Shown here: positions 22,740-31,339 of the stretch, one piece after another
Layout of the letters: each line of letters begins with the position of its first letter
Position numbering within the stretch: position 1 is the first letter of the stretch
NCBI GenBank assembly: GCA_963737635.1
Contig: CAVTTL010000001.1
Location: 256,001 to 320,000, forward strand
Reading direction: 5' to 3'
DNA length: 64,000 nt
Source: an uncultured Methanoregulaceae archaeon
GTDB lineage: Archaea > Halobacteriota > Methanomicrobia > Methanomicrobiales > Methanospirillaceae
Position numbers and translations under genes: made by a program
The notes under the pieces: model-generated
The model's database searches: none
Told to the model about the DNA's origin: nothing
What the model saw: only the letters and a program-made list of their open reading frames with translations

Positions 22740-23174
22740 ATGAATGGAAATCAAAGTACTGATAACCACGTATCATTATTTTTAGCTGGGTTTGTAATCG
22801 GAGCCGGTGTATTTGCAGGCGAACTTTTAATTTATGTCGGCAATGAGATCATGGATGTATTCAAATCGGTATTTACATCACCACAAACCACTCAGGTTTT
22901 CACTACTTATTCAACATCAATTGAAATGCTCATCGTTGGTGGATTTATTGTTAATATCGCAATTGGTTATCTCACACCAGTATCATTTTCATCGGGTTTT
23001 CTTTTAGGCGATTTATTTATGATAGCAATTCTTGCATCTGCTCTGCAACAAATTGCCCCCCCTGTTTTAGTCGGAATGATAATAGCATTTCTTGCAGTTC
23101 TTTTAGGGATTGTATTAAAAATGGTATTAGGAAAAGGTGGAAACCAATATCGTCAATATGATTATTGGGGTTAA
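22740..23174 (+). CDS. Multi-TM membrane protein (IS passenger)
   Basis: 144 aa, about 4 hydrophobic segments. Confidence 0.65.
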   Translation: MNGNQSTDNHVSLFLAGFVIGAGVFAGELLIYVGNEIMDVFKSVFTSPQTTQVFTTYSTSIEMLIVGGFIVNIAIGYLTPVSFSSGFLLGDLFMIAILASALQQIAPPVLVGMIIAFLAVLLGIVLKMVLGKGGNQYRQYDYWG

Positions 23175-23396
23175 AACTGCAAAAATTGGAATAATCGTAA
23201 TGTACATCAATTCTTTTTTTGATAGGCGCAGTGTAATCCACGAACAAAACGTAAATAGAATTACTCCGAGAAATCCAACTACAGTTGTTATAAAATTAAC
23301 ACATATTCCAGATCTTGCTAATATCAGTATATTCGCCATAATCAATAAGATTATCAATTTTGCTCTATTGATACTTTCATTATTTGTCATAATCAC
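23127..23396 (-). CDS. Small hydrophobic protein (IS passenger)
   Basis: 89 aa, about 3 TM; overlaps the 3' end of the previous gene. Confidence 0.45.
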   Translation of the reverse strand: MIMTNNESINRAKLIILLIMANILILARSGICVNFITTVVGFLGVILFTFCSWITLRLSKKELMYITIIPIFAVLTPIIILTILVSTFS

Positions 23397-23996
23397 TTCT
23401 CCAAATTCATTTTATCGATATCAGACCGATATCCGCATGACTCCCATCTTACTTTTGCAAGTATCCCACCCTGATTAACAGTCATCTCCATCCCTCACCA
23501 GTCAGGTTAACAGAATCCAATGATCCAGATTTTCGACAAGTCCCGTCACTTATCGCGCTCTTGGTTTTTTGTAAAAGTCCCGTCATGTTATCACAACCCG
23601 TGAATATGGATTTTGGCACCGCATTTGAAGTTTGCTTAGTTCTGATGCGTTCGCAGTTGATCAACCGACTTAGCGGTTGACGAATGTATGGCGGTAGGTA
23701 GTACTAACACAAAAGATGTTACAATTTGTGTAAGATTAACGTCAGATTACTTGAAGGAATAAACTGTAATGATTTATAGGATATTCGCGTATAACGTCCC
23801 AAATTGCATTTGGCCGCCAAATATTGGCATCTGCCAAAAGATTTACAACAAGAAACACCTATTGTAATATTGGTGGAAAAACTCAGCGTCACGCTGAAAA
23901 AAATGCGTTGCGGCACTTTCAAAGCCGGGAGGTCAAATCAACCTCTAAGAACTGCGTTCAACGCCAAAGTTATGATAACCTTATTCGAGGTTAAAA

Positions 23997-24254
23997 ATGG
24001 AAACGTTTCAGATTAAAATGAAACCTGAGGCGGAAAAACAGCTGACGAAATATGATCGTGAAATACAAGTACGTTTCGCTAAAAAAATTCGGAAGCTGAA
24101 AGAGAATCCAGATTGTTGCGGGAAGCCACTAAAAAGACCTCTTCATGGATATTGGGAACTCTATTTCGAGAGAAAATTCAGAATCGTCTATACCATAGAT
24201 TTGAATGGTAAAATTGTTTATATTGAGGCGATCAAACACAAGGACGAATTCTAG
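23997..24254 (+). CDS. RelE/ParE family toxin
   Basis: FQIKMKPEAEKQL..KIRKLKENP..GKPLK..FRIVY..IKHKDEF. Confidence 0.85.
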   Translation: METFQIKMKPEAEKQLTKYDREIQVRFAKKIRKLKENPDCCGKPLKRPLHGYWELYFERKFRIVYTIDLNGKIVYIEAIKHKDEF

Positions 24255-24442
24255 ATACCCAGTTCCTTTGCGATATCTTCAAAATCACGAGATTTGATAC
24301 CCTTCTGTTGCCCCTTCTTAATTTGCATCATTAAATCTTTATCAGAAAGGACTTCGATGGTTTTGCTCATGGATTCATATTCATCCTTGGATATGGTAAC
24401 CCATTCAGTTTCATGTTTACCATGAACAATAACTTGACTCAT
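24251..24442 (-). CDS. Putative antitoxin, convergent with the toxin
   Basis: ISKDEYESMSKTIEVLSDKDLM...DFEDIAKELGI, typical Phd/RelB-like C-terminus. Confidence 0.75.
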   Translation of the reverse strand: MSQVIVHGKHETEWVTISKDEYESMSKTIEVLSDKDLMMQIKKGQQKGIKSRDFEDIAKELGI

Positions 24443-24549
24443 ACTATGGTATAGTTGTAGAACTTCTCGTTATTAAAAATAATGCAATAGGGATATGGTG
24501 CTGTTGCATCGCAAGACGTTCTGTTGAAAGATTCAAGGGGATCGCGGGG

Positions 24550-24711
24550 TTACCACGTCTTCCAGCCCCGGGACTTGCACTTCTTCAGAAATTCCCCGAA
24601 TTTTCTGAAGTACTGGTGCTCTCGTAACCGGAATTCCTTGTTCAGATGTCGCCGATCCTTTGCTGAATCATGCCGGAACCAGAAGCGGGTGTTTTTCACC
24701 GTATGAGACAT
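24550..24711 (-). CDS. Small basic hypothetical protein (53 aa)
   Basis: MSHTVKNTRFWFRHDSAKDRRHLNKEFRLREHQYFRKFGEFLKKCKSRGWKTW*. Confidence 0.45.
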   Translation of the reverse strand: MSHTVKNTRFWFRHDSAKDRRHLNKEFRLREHQYFRKFGEFLKKCKSRGWKTW

Positions 24712-24876
24712 GCATTTTCAGGGTAAGGATTATTCTTATTCATCTTTTCCGGTTGATCTTCAACCAAGCCCTTGTTTATTCCGGTATCAAAAAGGATATT
24801 ATGTGAGAATGTGATATTGGTAAAGTAGGAAATTCGCCCAAATAACTGTCCAATTAAGATTTGGACGCAGTGTAGG

Positions 24877-24894
24877 GAATCTCCTTAGCAACAT
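24877..24894 (+). repeat. Degenerate attR-like copy of the tRNA-Glu 3' end
   Basis: 16/18 identity to 17127-17144. Confidence 0.65.
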
Positions 24895-24949
24895 TACTTT
24901 TCTTGTTATATCAAATATTTCATTAAAAAAATTTCATCTAGATTGTTCA

Positions 24950-25219
24950 CTAAATCTTTCCGTATTTTTTGTGCGCCAATTCCTGACTCATGATATGATC
25001 TACGTAGACTGTATCGGCATTAGTGTAGTAGAAAAGGGTATACTTCGAAGATATATGCATCCTCCATCCGGGTTTCCGGGTCTTGAGCTTCTTTACATTG
25101 CCCTGCACATTCGGGGGTTCTTTTAATCTTTCGATGTATTCTCCGATGATTCTCCGGTCTTTCTCGGGCAACTGCCGGAGAAACGCCTTTACTTCATCTT
25201 CGATCTCAATTAATACGCT
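24950..25219 (-). pseudogene. RelE-like toxin with damaged 5' end
   Basis: Frame SVLIEIEDEVKAFLRQLPEKDRRII...WRMHISSKYTLFY...AHKKYG is preceded by an in-frame TAA and has no ATG at the expected start. Confidence 0.65.
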
Positions 25220-25228
25220 TTACCTCGG

Positions 25229-25453
25229 TTAAAGCCCGAGCTCTTCTTTCGCCTGATCCCAGGGAATGAAGTGATCGTCCCTGTCAATTTCATCGAGATC
25301 CATCTCAAGCTTACGAAACTGGTGCTCTTTAATGAGCTCAGCTATCGTATCTCCGAGTGACTTCCCCGGTTCTTTTAGACCGTGAAGGGCAGCCCAGGTG
25401 CTCGGCGTGAGGGCAACCCGTTTGTCTGCTACTTCCTCAATTGATGTTGCCAT
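25229..25453 (-). CDS. Putative antitoxin
   Basis: 74 aa ending FIPWDQAKEELGL, directly upstream of the RelE-like frame. Confidence 0.75.
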   Translation of the reverse strand: MATSIEEVADKRVALTPSTWAALHGLKEPGKSLGDTIAELIKEHQFRKLEMDLDEIDRDDHFIPWDQAKEELGL

Positions 25454-25661
25454 GCTGCAATACTTCCGTGTACATCGATTAAATGTATAAAATTATACCG
25501 TTGTATAACGTTGGTCGCTTGTCTAAAATAAAGGTCTCCTGAGCAATTGTATAAGGATTCGTGCTCAAATCAATTTTTTTTCCGGAGGTTTCTTACCACT
25601 ACCTTGAGTTTGATCGATGCATGTGGGGCATAAGAGAGATAAATCGGCAGATGCAAACGTC

Positions 25662-25880
25662 ATGGTAATGAAAGTCCTTGTTCAACTGGTGCCGGAGGAA
25701 GAAGGTGGCTTCTCGGTCTTCGCTCCTGAATTGCCCGGGTGCATGTCCCAGGGTGAAACGGAAGAGGAGGCTCTTGAGAATATCCGGGAAGTCATCCCCG
25801 TATTCCTCGAGCTGCGCGATAAAAGGTTGGCGAAGGCAAAAGCTTCCCATCTCACCCGGGAAATTGAGATCGAAGCATGA
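25662..25880 (+). CDS. hicB: HicB family antitoxin
   Basis: EEEGGFSVFAPELPGCMSQGETEEEALENIREVI. Confidence 0.9.
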   Translation: MVMKVLVQLVPEEEGGFSVFAPELPGCMSQGETEEEALENIREVIPVFLELRDKRLAKAKASHLTREIEIEA

Positions 25881-26083
25881 AGATCCCGGTAGTCTCCGGG
25901 CTGGAGATGGTGAAGATCCTACACCGCAAGGGCTGGCACGTTTACCGGCAGACTGGCAGCCATGTTATCATGCAGAATGCTGATGAGACCCTGGAGCTCA
26001 GCATCCCTCAACACACGACCCTGAAAAAAGGTATGGTCCATCACTGCATCCGTGTCGCTGGCCTGAACGACAACGATTTCTGA
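25877..26083 (+). CDS. hicA: HicA family toxin
   Basis: KILHRKGW..RQTGSHVIM..IPQH..LKKG. Confidence 0.9.
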   Translation: MKIPVVSGLEMVKILHRKGWHVYRQTGSHVIMQNADETLELSIPQHTTLKKGMVHHCIRVAGLNDNDF

Positions 26084-26226
26084 CCTTTTTTATAACGCAT
26101 CTCTGTCAATCGGACAGAGGGTAGCTTGTTGAACACGGGAAAAGAATTCCGTCCGGAAGTACAACGCCCGGCGCAACCCATCAAAGAAAACCGCCGACCA
26201 TGCCAACAGGGAGCGGTGAATCCGGG

Positions 26227-26956
26227 TTACCAGACCGCACAGACCATTCTGAAGAAAATGCAAATTATTCTTTCAAACGGAACAATCAGTTTCGATCCTT
26301 GTCCTCGTGAATGTTTCATCTGAAGTCCCCCCGTTAGTTGGCACATTTTTAATACTGTGTTTCCTGAGCCTGTTTCCACTGTCCCGGCTGAGGATGAAGA
26401 TTGCGCCCCGTCAGCGGTTGTAGATGGCGGGACCATAGTGACGTTGTTCTCCGGGGAAATTATAACAAAAGTCTGTTGGGCTACTACCGTAGGCCCAAGG
26501 GGGCTTGAGGAAGAAACATACGCCGCGTATTCACCCGGGTACACTGCCTGAAATCGGGTAATACGGGGGTACGGGTGAGAGGTAGTATAAATCTCCCATT
26601 GTGAAGGGATAATTTCCGCAGACCAGGTGCCGGTCCCATTCTCTCCGGGCTGGATGGACGCGTTTGTTATATAAAAGGATGAACCAAACCCCGCCGGGTT
26701 AAAAGCGAACCACCCGATATTCAGATCGAGAGACTTCTCCCAGGTCCACAGGTTCGTTGTCCCGTTGACAAAAAACACGTCGCCGACGGTATGGTTCCCA
26801 ATGGGATCGATCGTTATAAACGACGTTTCCGAAGAGGCCGTGGGTGTCGGGTTGGTATGGCTCGCTCCAATAGTGACGTATCCGGTCTGTTGTACCTGGC
26901 ACAACCAGAAAGGCTGCAATAAGAACGGCACAAATAACGAATCTTCCGAGAGTCAT
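26227..26956 (-). pseudogene. Secreted ITIDP-GTTNL domain protein, frameshift near 26895, anchor tail apparently lost
   Basis: Signal MTLGRFVICAVLIAAFLVVP in one frame, FITIDPIGNHTVGDVFFVNGTTNL in another; no TM/basic tail like its paralogs. Confidence 0.55.
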
Positions 26957-26960
26957 CTCA

Positions 26961-28106
26961 TCACGTTTTTCTCCTATACAGTGAGCTCAGGATCACCATT
27001 GCCGCGAGAACGGTGACGGTCATTGCTGCCGGCAGGGAGGCAGCCTGGGTCGTTGATGGGGGAACAAGAAGAGATTGCGTGGACTCATCGCCTGCCGGAA
27101 GATTCAACGATACCGATGTCGTGTTGCTGCCGGCCGCATTAATGGCCGTGAGTGTTACCGTGAAGGTACCGGCACTCGTATAGGTATGGGAGAGGTTCTG
27201 GGATGCCGATGTACTCCCGTCGCCAAACGTCCAGTACCACGCTGAGGGAGAGTTTGTAGACGTGTCTTCGAACTTGACGAGAAGCCCGGAGGATCCCGTT
27301 GTCGTGTATGCAAATGATGCCACCGGTGAAGCATGGGGAAAAACCGGCGTCTGGGGCGGGGATGCAGGCAAAGTGTTTACAGAAATAACCCCGGGCTCGG
27401 AGGTCGTATTACTGCCGGCCGCATTAATGGCCGTCAGCGTCACCCTGTAGGTACCGGCACTCGTGTAGATATGGGAAGGATTCTGGGAGGTCGACGTACT
27501 CCCGTCCCCGAACGACCAGAGCCACGATGTCGGCCCGCCTGCAGACGTATCTACAAACTGGACAAAGAGTGGCGCTGTTCCGGAGGTGTTTCTGATGTAT
27601 CCAAATGTCGCAGCCGGAACAGTGGTACCCCGGGGAATGATGGTTCCGGACGGGAGGATATAAAATAATTGTTCGGGTCCGACAGGTACCAGGGGACTAT
27701 ACACACCCACCAGATATTGACCGGGCACCGCATCAGGAACTGGGCCAAGCCACGTCTCCCAGAGAGATGTTGTAGCATTACAAGACCAGGTATTCACCCC
27801 ATTTTCCCCGGGTTGAACGGATATATTATCCGACCGGTAACCTGATCCCGCGCCACCCGGGTTGAAATTGGTAGTGTAGATTTGAAGGATCAGAGTTTCA
27901 TGGGCCGGCAGGTTCGTCGTCCCATGAATAAAGAATATCTCGTCAATCGTATGGTTCCCGATGGGATCGATGGTAATATACGGTGTTGTGACATTTTCAG
28001 CACTCGCTACCGGGACAATTATTATTGCTGCAACGAACAGGGCAAACAAGGTAAAAAATGCTCTTTTCTGATCACTTCGACTCATCCTTTTCACCTTATC
28101 GACCAT
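26961..28106 (-). CDS. Surface protein: ITIDP-GTTNL domain, 2 PKD, C-terminal anchor
   Basis: Signal peptide, two W.FGDGSTS..QN.SH.Y repeats, TTQAASLP-TM-RRKT. Confidence 0.85.
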   Translation of the reverse strand: MVDKVKRMSRSDQKRAFFTLFALFVAAIIIVPVASAENVTTPYITIDPIGNHTIDEIFFIHGTTNLPAHETLILQIYTTNFNPGGAGSGYRSDNISVQPGENGVNTWSCNATTSLWETWLGPVPDAVPGQYLVGVYSPLVPVGPEQLFYILPSGTIIPRGTTVPAATFGYIRNTSGTAPLFVQFVDTSAGGPTSWLWSFGDGSTSTSQNPSHIYTSAGTYRVTLTAINAAGSNTTSEPGVISVNTLPASPPQTPVFPHASPVASFAYTTTGSSGLLVKFEDTSTNSPSAWYWTFGDGSTSASQNLSHTYTSAGTFTVTLTAINAAGSNTTSVSLNLPAGDESTQSLLVPPSTTQAASLPAAMTVTVLAAMVILSSLYRRKT

Positions 28107-28138
28107 TATGGCAGGGGTTTACATCGATCTTCATAACG

Positions 28139-29113
28139 TCACGCTCTTTTTCTGGTATTAAACGAGGCCAAAAGGACAATCGCTGCAAGTACTGCGATCG
28201 GCAATGCTATCGGTAAGGGAGCAGATTGAGTCGTTGGGCTTGCCGGGAACTGATTCGAGGGCGGAGGAGTCTGGTTTATCGTTTGAATTATCCGTGGCGT
28301 CGCGGTAGTAGCTCCGGGAAACAGGTAAAAAGTCTGTGTGGCGACATCACCATGCGGTGAATAAATCGTCGCCATTAATTCATTCTGCGTAATCCCGAGG
28401 CTGCCTGAAACACTTTCAGGGATAGATTCGTTTGGCTGGGGAGGATAAACGCTCCAGCCTGGGCCCACCGTAGCATTCACGGACCAGGTATTCACACCAT
28501 TCTCCCCGGCCTGTATACATATGGTTGAGGGGTAATAGGGGCCCACTCCGCCGGGATTTGCATGGGCGTCACCAATCCGGAGAACAAGTGGCCCGTTTGT
28601 CACGAGGAGGTTCGTTGTCCCGTTAATAAAAAATACATCCCCGACCGTATGGTTCCCGATGGGATCGATGGCGATAGAGGGTGCCGCAAAGCTGAATTTA
28701 CCGGTGTTGGTTACGTTGAAGGCGGGTGAATATACACTTACCATGAAATTTCTGCCATAGCTCTGGTTATACCCGGTGAGATTGATGACCGCGGACCAGC
28801 GGTTCGGGGCATTTCCCTCGCCTGCCACGACGGTCGGGTACCATATGCCGCCACCAAATTCACCCGGCGCCATCTTTGTCACCATCGGAAAATCCACGTC
28901 GACCAAGACCTGGATTGTCTGGTTCTCCGGGAGGTCAGTTGTCCCGGAGAGGGTAACCACCTGCCCGAATGGTTGAGTCCCGACAGGATCGATCGTGATA
29001 AACGGCGTTGTCACAGGAGTTATATTTTCAGCGCTCGCTATAGTGACAACTATTATTGCTGCAACGAACAGGGCAAACGATAGAAGAGACATCTTTTTTC
29101 CTAACGTTACCAT
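28139..29113 (-). CDS. Surface protein with two ITIDP-GTT domains and C-terminal anchor
   Basis: FITIDPVG..SGTTDL and IAIDPIGNHTVGDVFFINGTTNL; TTQSAPLP-TM-RKR. Confidence 0.8.
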   Translation of the reverse strand: MVTLGKKMSLLSFALFVAAIIVVTIASAENITPVTTPFITIDPVGTQPFGQVVTLSGTTDLPENQTIQVLVDVDFPMVTKMAPGEFGGGIWYPTVVAGEGNAPNRWSAVINLTGYNQSYGRNFMVSVYSPAFNVTNTGKFSFAAPSIAIDPIGNHTVGDVFFINGTTNLLVTNGPLVLRIGDAHANPGGVGPYYPSTICIQAGENGVNTWSVNATVGPGWSVYPPQPNESIPESVSGSLGITQNELMATIYSPHGDVATQTFYLFPGATTATPRIIQTINQTPPPSNQFPASPTTQSAPLPIALPIAVLAAIVLLASFNTRKRA

Positions 29114-29123
29114 GTTTCACCCC

Positions 29124-29546
29124 CTACCAGTAGGTATGCCAGTCAACAAATCCTTCCGACGGTATGCTCCGATTATCGATGTCGACGATGGCATACGCAA
29201 GGCCATACTCGTCTGATGACAGGGAACCGACTGGCATCGAAAGCCGAATATCGCCGGTGTAGGGATATGCCCATGCAATCGTCAGCGGTCCATGGGAACC
29301 CCTGAGATAGTCACCAAATGTTTTGTGTGCTGCCCCGCCACCCACCGTCGATGTCAGGGCATTCAGCGTTGGAGCCGACGCAACCAGGAGTGCATCAATT
29401 TTTTGTATGCCGGTCATTGGCGGTGCGTTCATGGGGGAATCTGCGGCGCTAACCAGAGGCACTATCATCATACCTCCTACCAGCAACGCAAGTAAGATGA
29501 CCCCCATTTTCCGCCTTTTCATGATTTCATCCCTCGCCATTTTCAT
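29124..29546 (-). CDS. Small secreted hypothetical protein
   Basis: KRRKMGVILLALLVGGMMIVPLVSA signal peptide; start uncertain. Confidence 0.65.
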   Translation of the reverse strand: MKMARDEIMKRRKMGVILLALLVGGMMIVPLVSAADSPMNAPPMTGIQKIDALLVASAPTLNALTSTVGGGAAHKTFGDYLRGSHGPLTIAWAYPYTGDIRLSMPVGSLSSDEYGLAYAIVDIDNRSIPSEGFVDWHTYW

Positions 29547-29604
29547 GTGCTTTGCACGCCTCTCGTGGATATGCCCGCCGCCAATTGTACCACACATTTA
29601 AGGA

Positions 29605-29883
29605 TCATTCCTTCTCCAACGCGTCCAGCCTTTTTTCGATTCGCGCAAGCGACTGCTGAAGTGAAATCATTTTTTCCGGGTCCAGCGGCTGCATTTTTTT
29701 CATTGCCTCGAGGTATCGCTCTTGACGGGAGTCCAGCCAGACTTTCAATGAATCAACCAGAGCATCGATAAAGAGCATAGCAGTAATCCCCGCCCACAGG
29801 ATCCATAAGTTGGTTATCATGCAGTAGAATGATACCAACCCGAATACAACGAGGGCCAGTATATTTTGCGTTTCTTTTTTCAT
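29605..29883 (-). CDS. Small 2-TM protein with coiled-coil tail
   Basis: Two TM then LQQSLARIEKRLDALEKE. Confidence 0.7.
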   Translation of the reverse strand: MKKETQNILALVVFGLVSFYCMITNLWILWAGITAMLFIDALVDSLKVWLDSRQERYLEAMKKMQPLDPEKMISLQQSLARIEKRLDALEKE

Positions 29884-29964
29884 TCGGTTATCACACCTCA
29901 TGTCTTTACGATGTATCCGGTGCAGACACCCGGAGCTTTCCCTAGAATCACCCCGGAGTACCAG

Positions 29965-30903
29965 TTACTTGTTTTTTCTTCTGGAAATTCCCACACCTAC
30001 AAGACAGATTATAGCAAGGATACCGGCAATACTGAAAAACAACGCTGGTGTTCCGAAAACATCGGCGGCTTTATTTTCGACGACCCTGAACCCAGCGGTC
30101 CCGGTACCCGTAGTGTTGGATTTCTGCCAGCCGACCGTTACAAAATAATTTCCGGTGGGAACCGTCCCGGGACTGATATCAAAGGACCATGTGTTTGAGA
30201 CCGTCCCCGGCTGGACTGCGATGGTCGTGGAATAAACCGGCTGCAGGGTCTGGTTGGAGATGTTATGAAAAATCACCACGTCCAGAAGATTTTCGGTCCC
30301 TATGTTTGTCGTCCCGCTGAAGGTAATGGAGGTTCCGGAATACCGGTCTTCAAGGACAGAATCATTCGCGCCATCAAAATTAACCACAGGCTCCTCAACG
30401 AAGAAGACATACGGCACAAAGGAATCGTCAACCCCGGAACGGTTTGAGGCAGAGATAATGGCATCTACTTTAGGTACAACCGATGTTGTGACGTTTCCTG
30501 CGGGCCCGATATCTGCAATGGTTTTTCCTTGATCGGTGATCATAATAGAGCTGTTTCCGTACGTATGCGATTCAATCTCAAATTTCCGGTTTGCCCCCGG
30601 GTCCTGGAGTATAAATGCATACTGGCCACTGGAAAAATTCCGGGTCTCTGCCGGATCCAGGGAATACGAGAAGGTGCCATCACTGTCCGGGTGTATGGTG
30701 TTAACCTCAACAGAATTTTTTCCAACGAGCCAGATCGCAACGGTGCCATTGTCTGCGTTGGTTCCATTGATCGTGAAACGATCACCCTTTGCAAGGATGT
30801 GCGGAAGACTCGAAGTAAATGACACCGAAGCTGCAACAGGCACGATCATAATGAACATCAGGATAAGGGCAACGCCGCTCACTTTTCCAATACTAATGTT
30901 CAT
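29965..30903 (-). CDS. Secreted, C-terminally anchored surface protein (DUF3821-like architecture)
   Basis: Signal peptide, GQYAFILQDPG, FSGTTNI, TM-RRKNK. Confidence 0.7.
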   Translation of the reverse strand: MNISIGKVSGVALILMFIMIVPVAASVSFTSSLPHILAKGDRFTINGTNADNGTVAIWLVGKNSVEVNTIHPDSDGTFSYSLDPAETRNFSSGQYAFILQDPGANRKFEIESHTYGNSSIMITDQGKTIADIGPAGNVTTSVVPKVDAIISASNRSGVDDSFVPYVFFVEEPVVNFDGANDSVLEDRYSGTSITFSGTTNIGTENLLDVVIFHNISNQTLQPVYSTTIAVQPGTVSNTWSFDISPGTVPTGNYFVTVGWQKSNTTGTGTAGFRVVENKAADVFGTPALFFSIAGILAIICLVGVGISRRKNK

Positions 30904-30949
30904 GGTTTAACCTACTGTGATGTCCATAAGGAGAATAACGCAACGCTGT

Positions 30950-31339
30950 ATATGAAGATTCTAGTTCATTCCTCTACCGGTTAACCGCATGGTTTCCGAT
31001 GCGATCGATCTGCATAATCGTAACGGGCGGTATATTTTCACTATCAGGCATACCGAGTTTTATCTTTTCTGTCCAAAGATCCCAACTGATAGTTGGAGGA
31101 TCTCGACAAAAAGATTAAAATTGACATTTTTGATCGTCAGTACTAGCAGCTCCGAGAACGACTAAAAAAACCAATTGTTCACGAATCCGGATCATTTTTC
31201 CCTCTGTTATTTTAATTTTTATCATTCTTGTTTTTGATCACGTATCCACATAATCCAAGGGCAGTTAAAACGACAACGAATCCACTGAAGGGATCGCTCC
31301 CTGCCTGTGTAGTGGTTGCTGATACAGCAACGGGCACCG
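30950..31339. repeat. 390-bp direct repeat, copy 1
   Basis: Near-identical to 35279-35669 (one 1-bp indel seen); weaker homology extends to about 30918/35246. Confidence 0.95.
31065..31112. promoter_or_regulatory. Palindromic operator copy 1 abutting a BRE/TATA-like element
   Basis: TTTTCTGTCCAAAGATCCCAACTG-AT-AGTTGGAGGATCTCGACAAAAA. Confidence 0.65.

Larger units (their letters stand above)
20830..23598. mobile_element. IS6-type element with passenger genes (2769 bp)
   Basis: IRs GGTTCTGATAACTTAACGGGACTT (20830-20853) and GGTTGTGATAACATGACGGGACTT (reverse complement of 23575-23598), 21/24; flanking direct repeat CGTGAATA at 20822-20829 and 23599-23606. Confidence 0.9.
17144..24894. mobile_element. 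Decayed genomic island integrated at tRNA-Glu
   Basis: tRNA 3' end GAATCCCCTTAGCAGCAT (17127-17144) recurs as GAATCTCCTTAGCAACAT (24877-24894, 16/18); integrase remnant; AT-rich cargo. Confidence 0.7.

Noticed and set aside
23482-23664. 60-aa ORF ending VNLTGEGWR, resembling the transposase C-terminus
   Set aside because: It spans the right IR and target duplication, so it is unlikely to be a gene
26321-26345. TGAAGTCCCCCCGTTAGTTGGCACA, resembling an IS end where the 26227 gene loses its tail
   Set aside because: No partner IR, target duplication or transposase found
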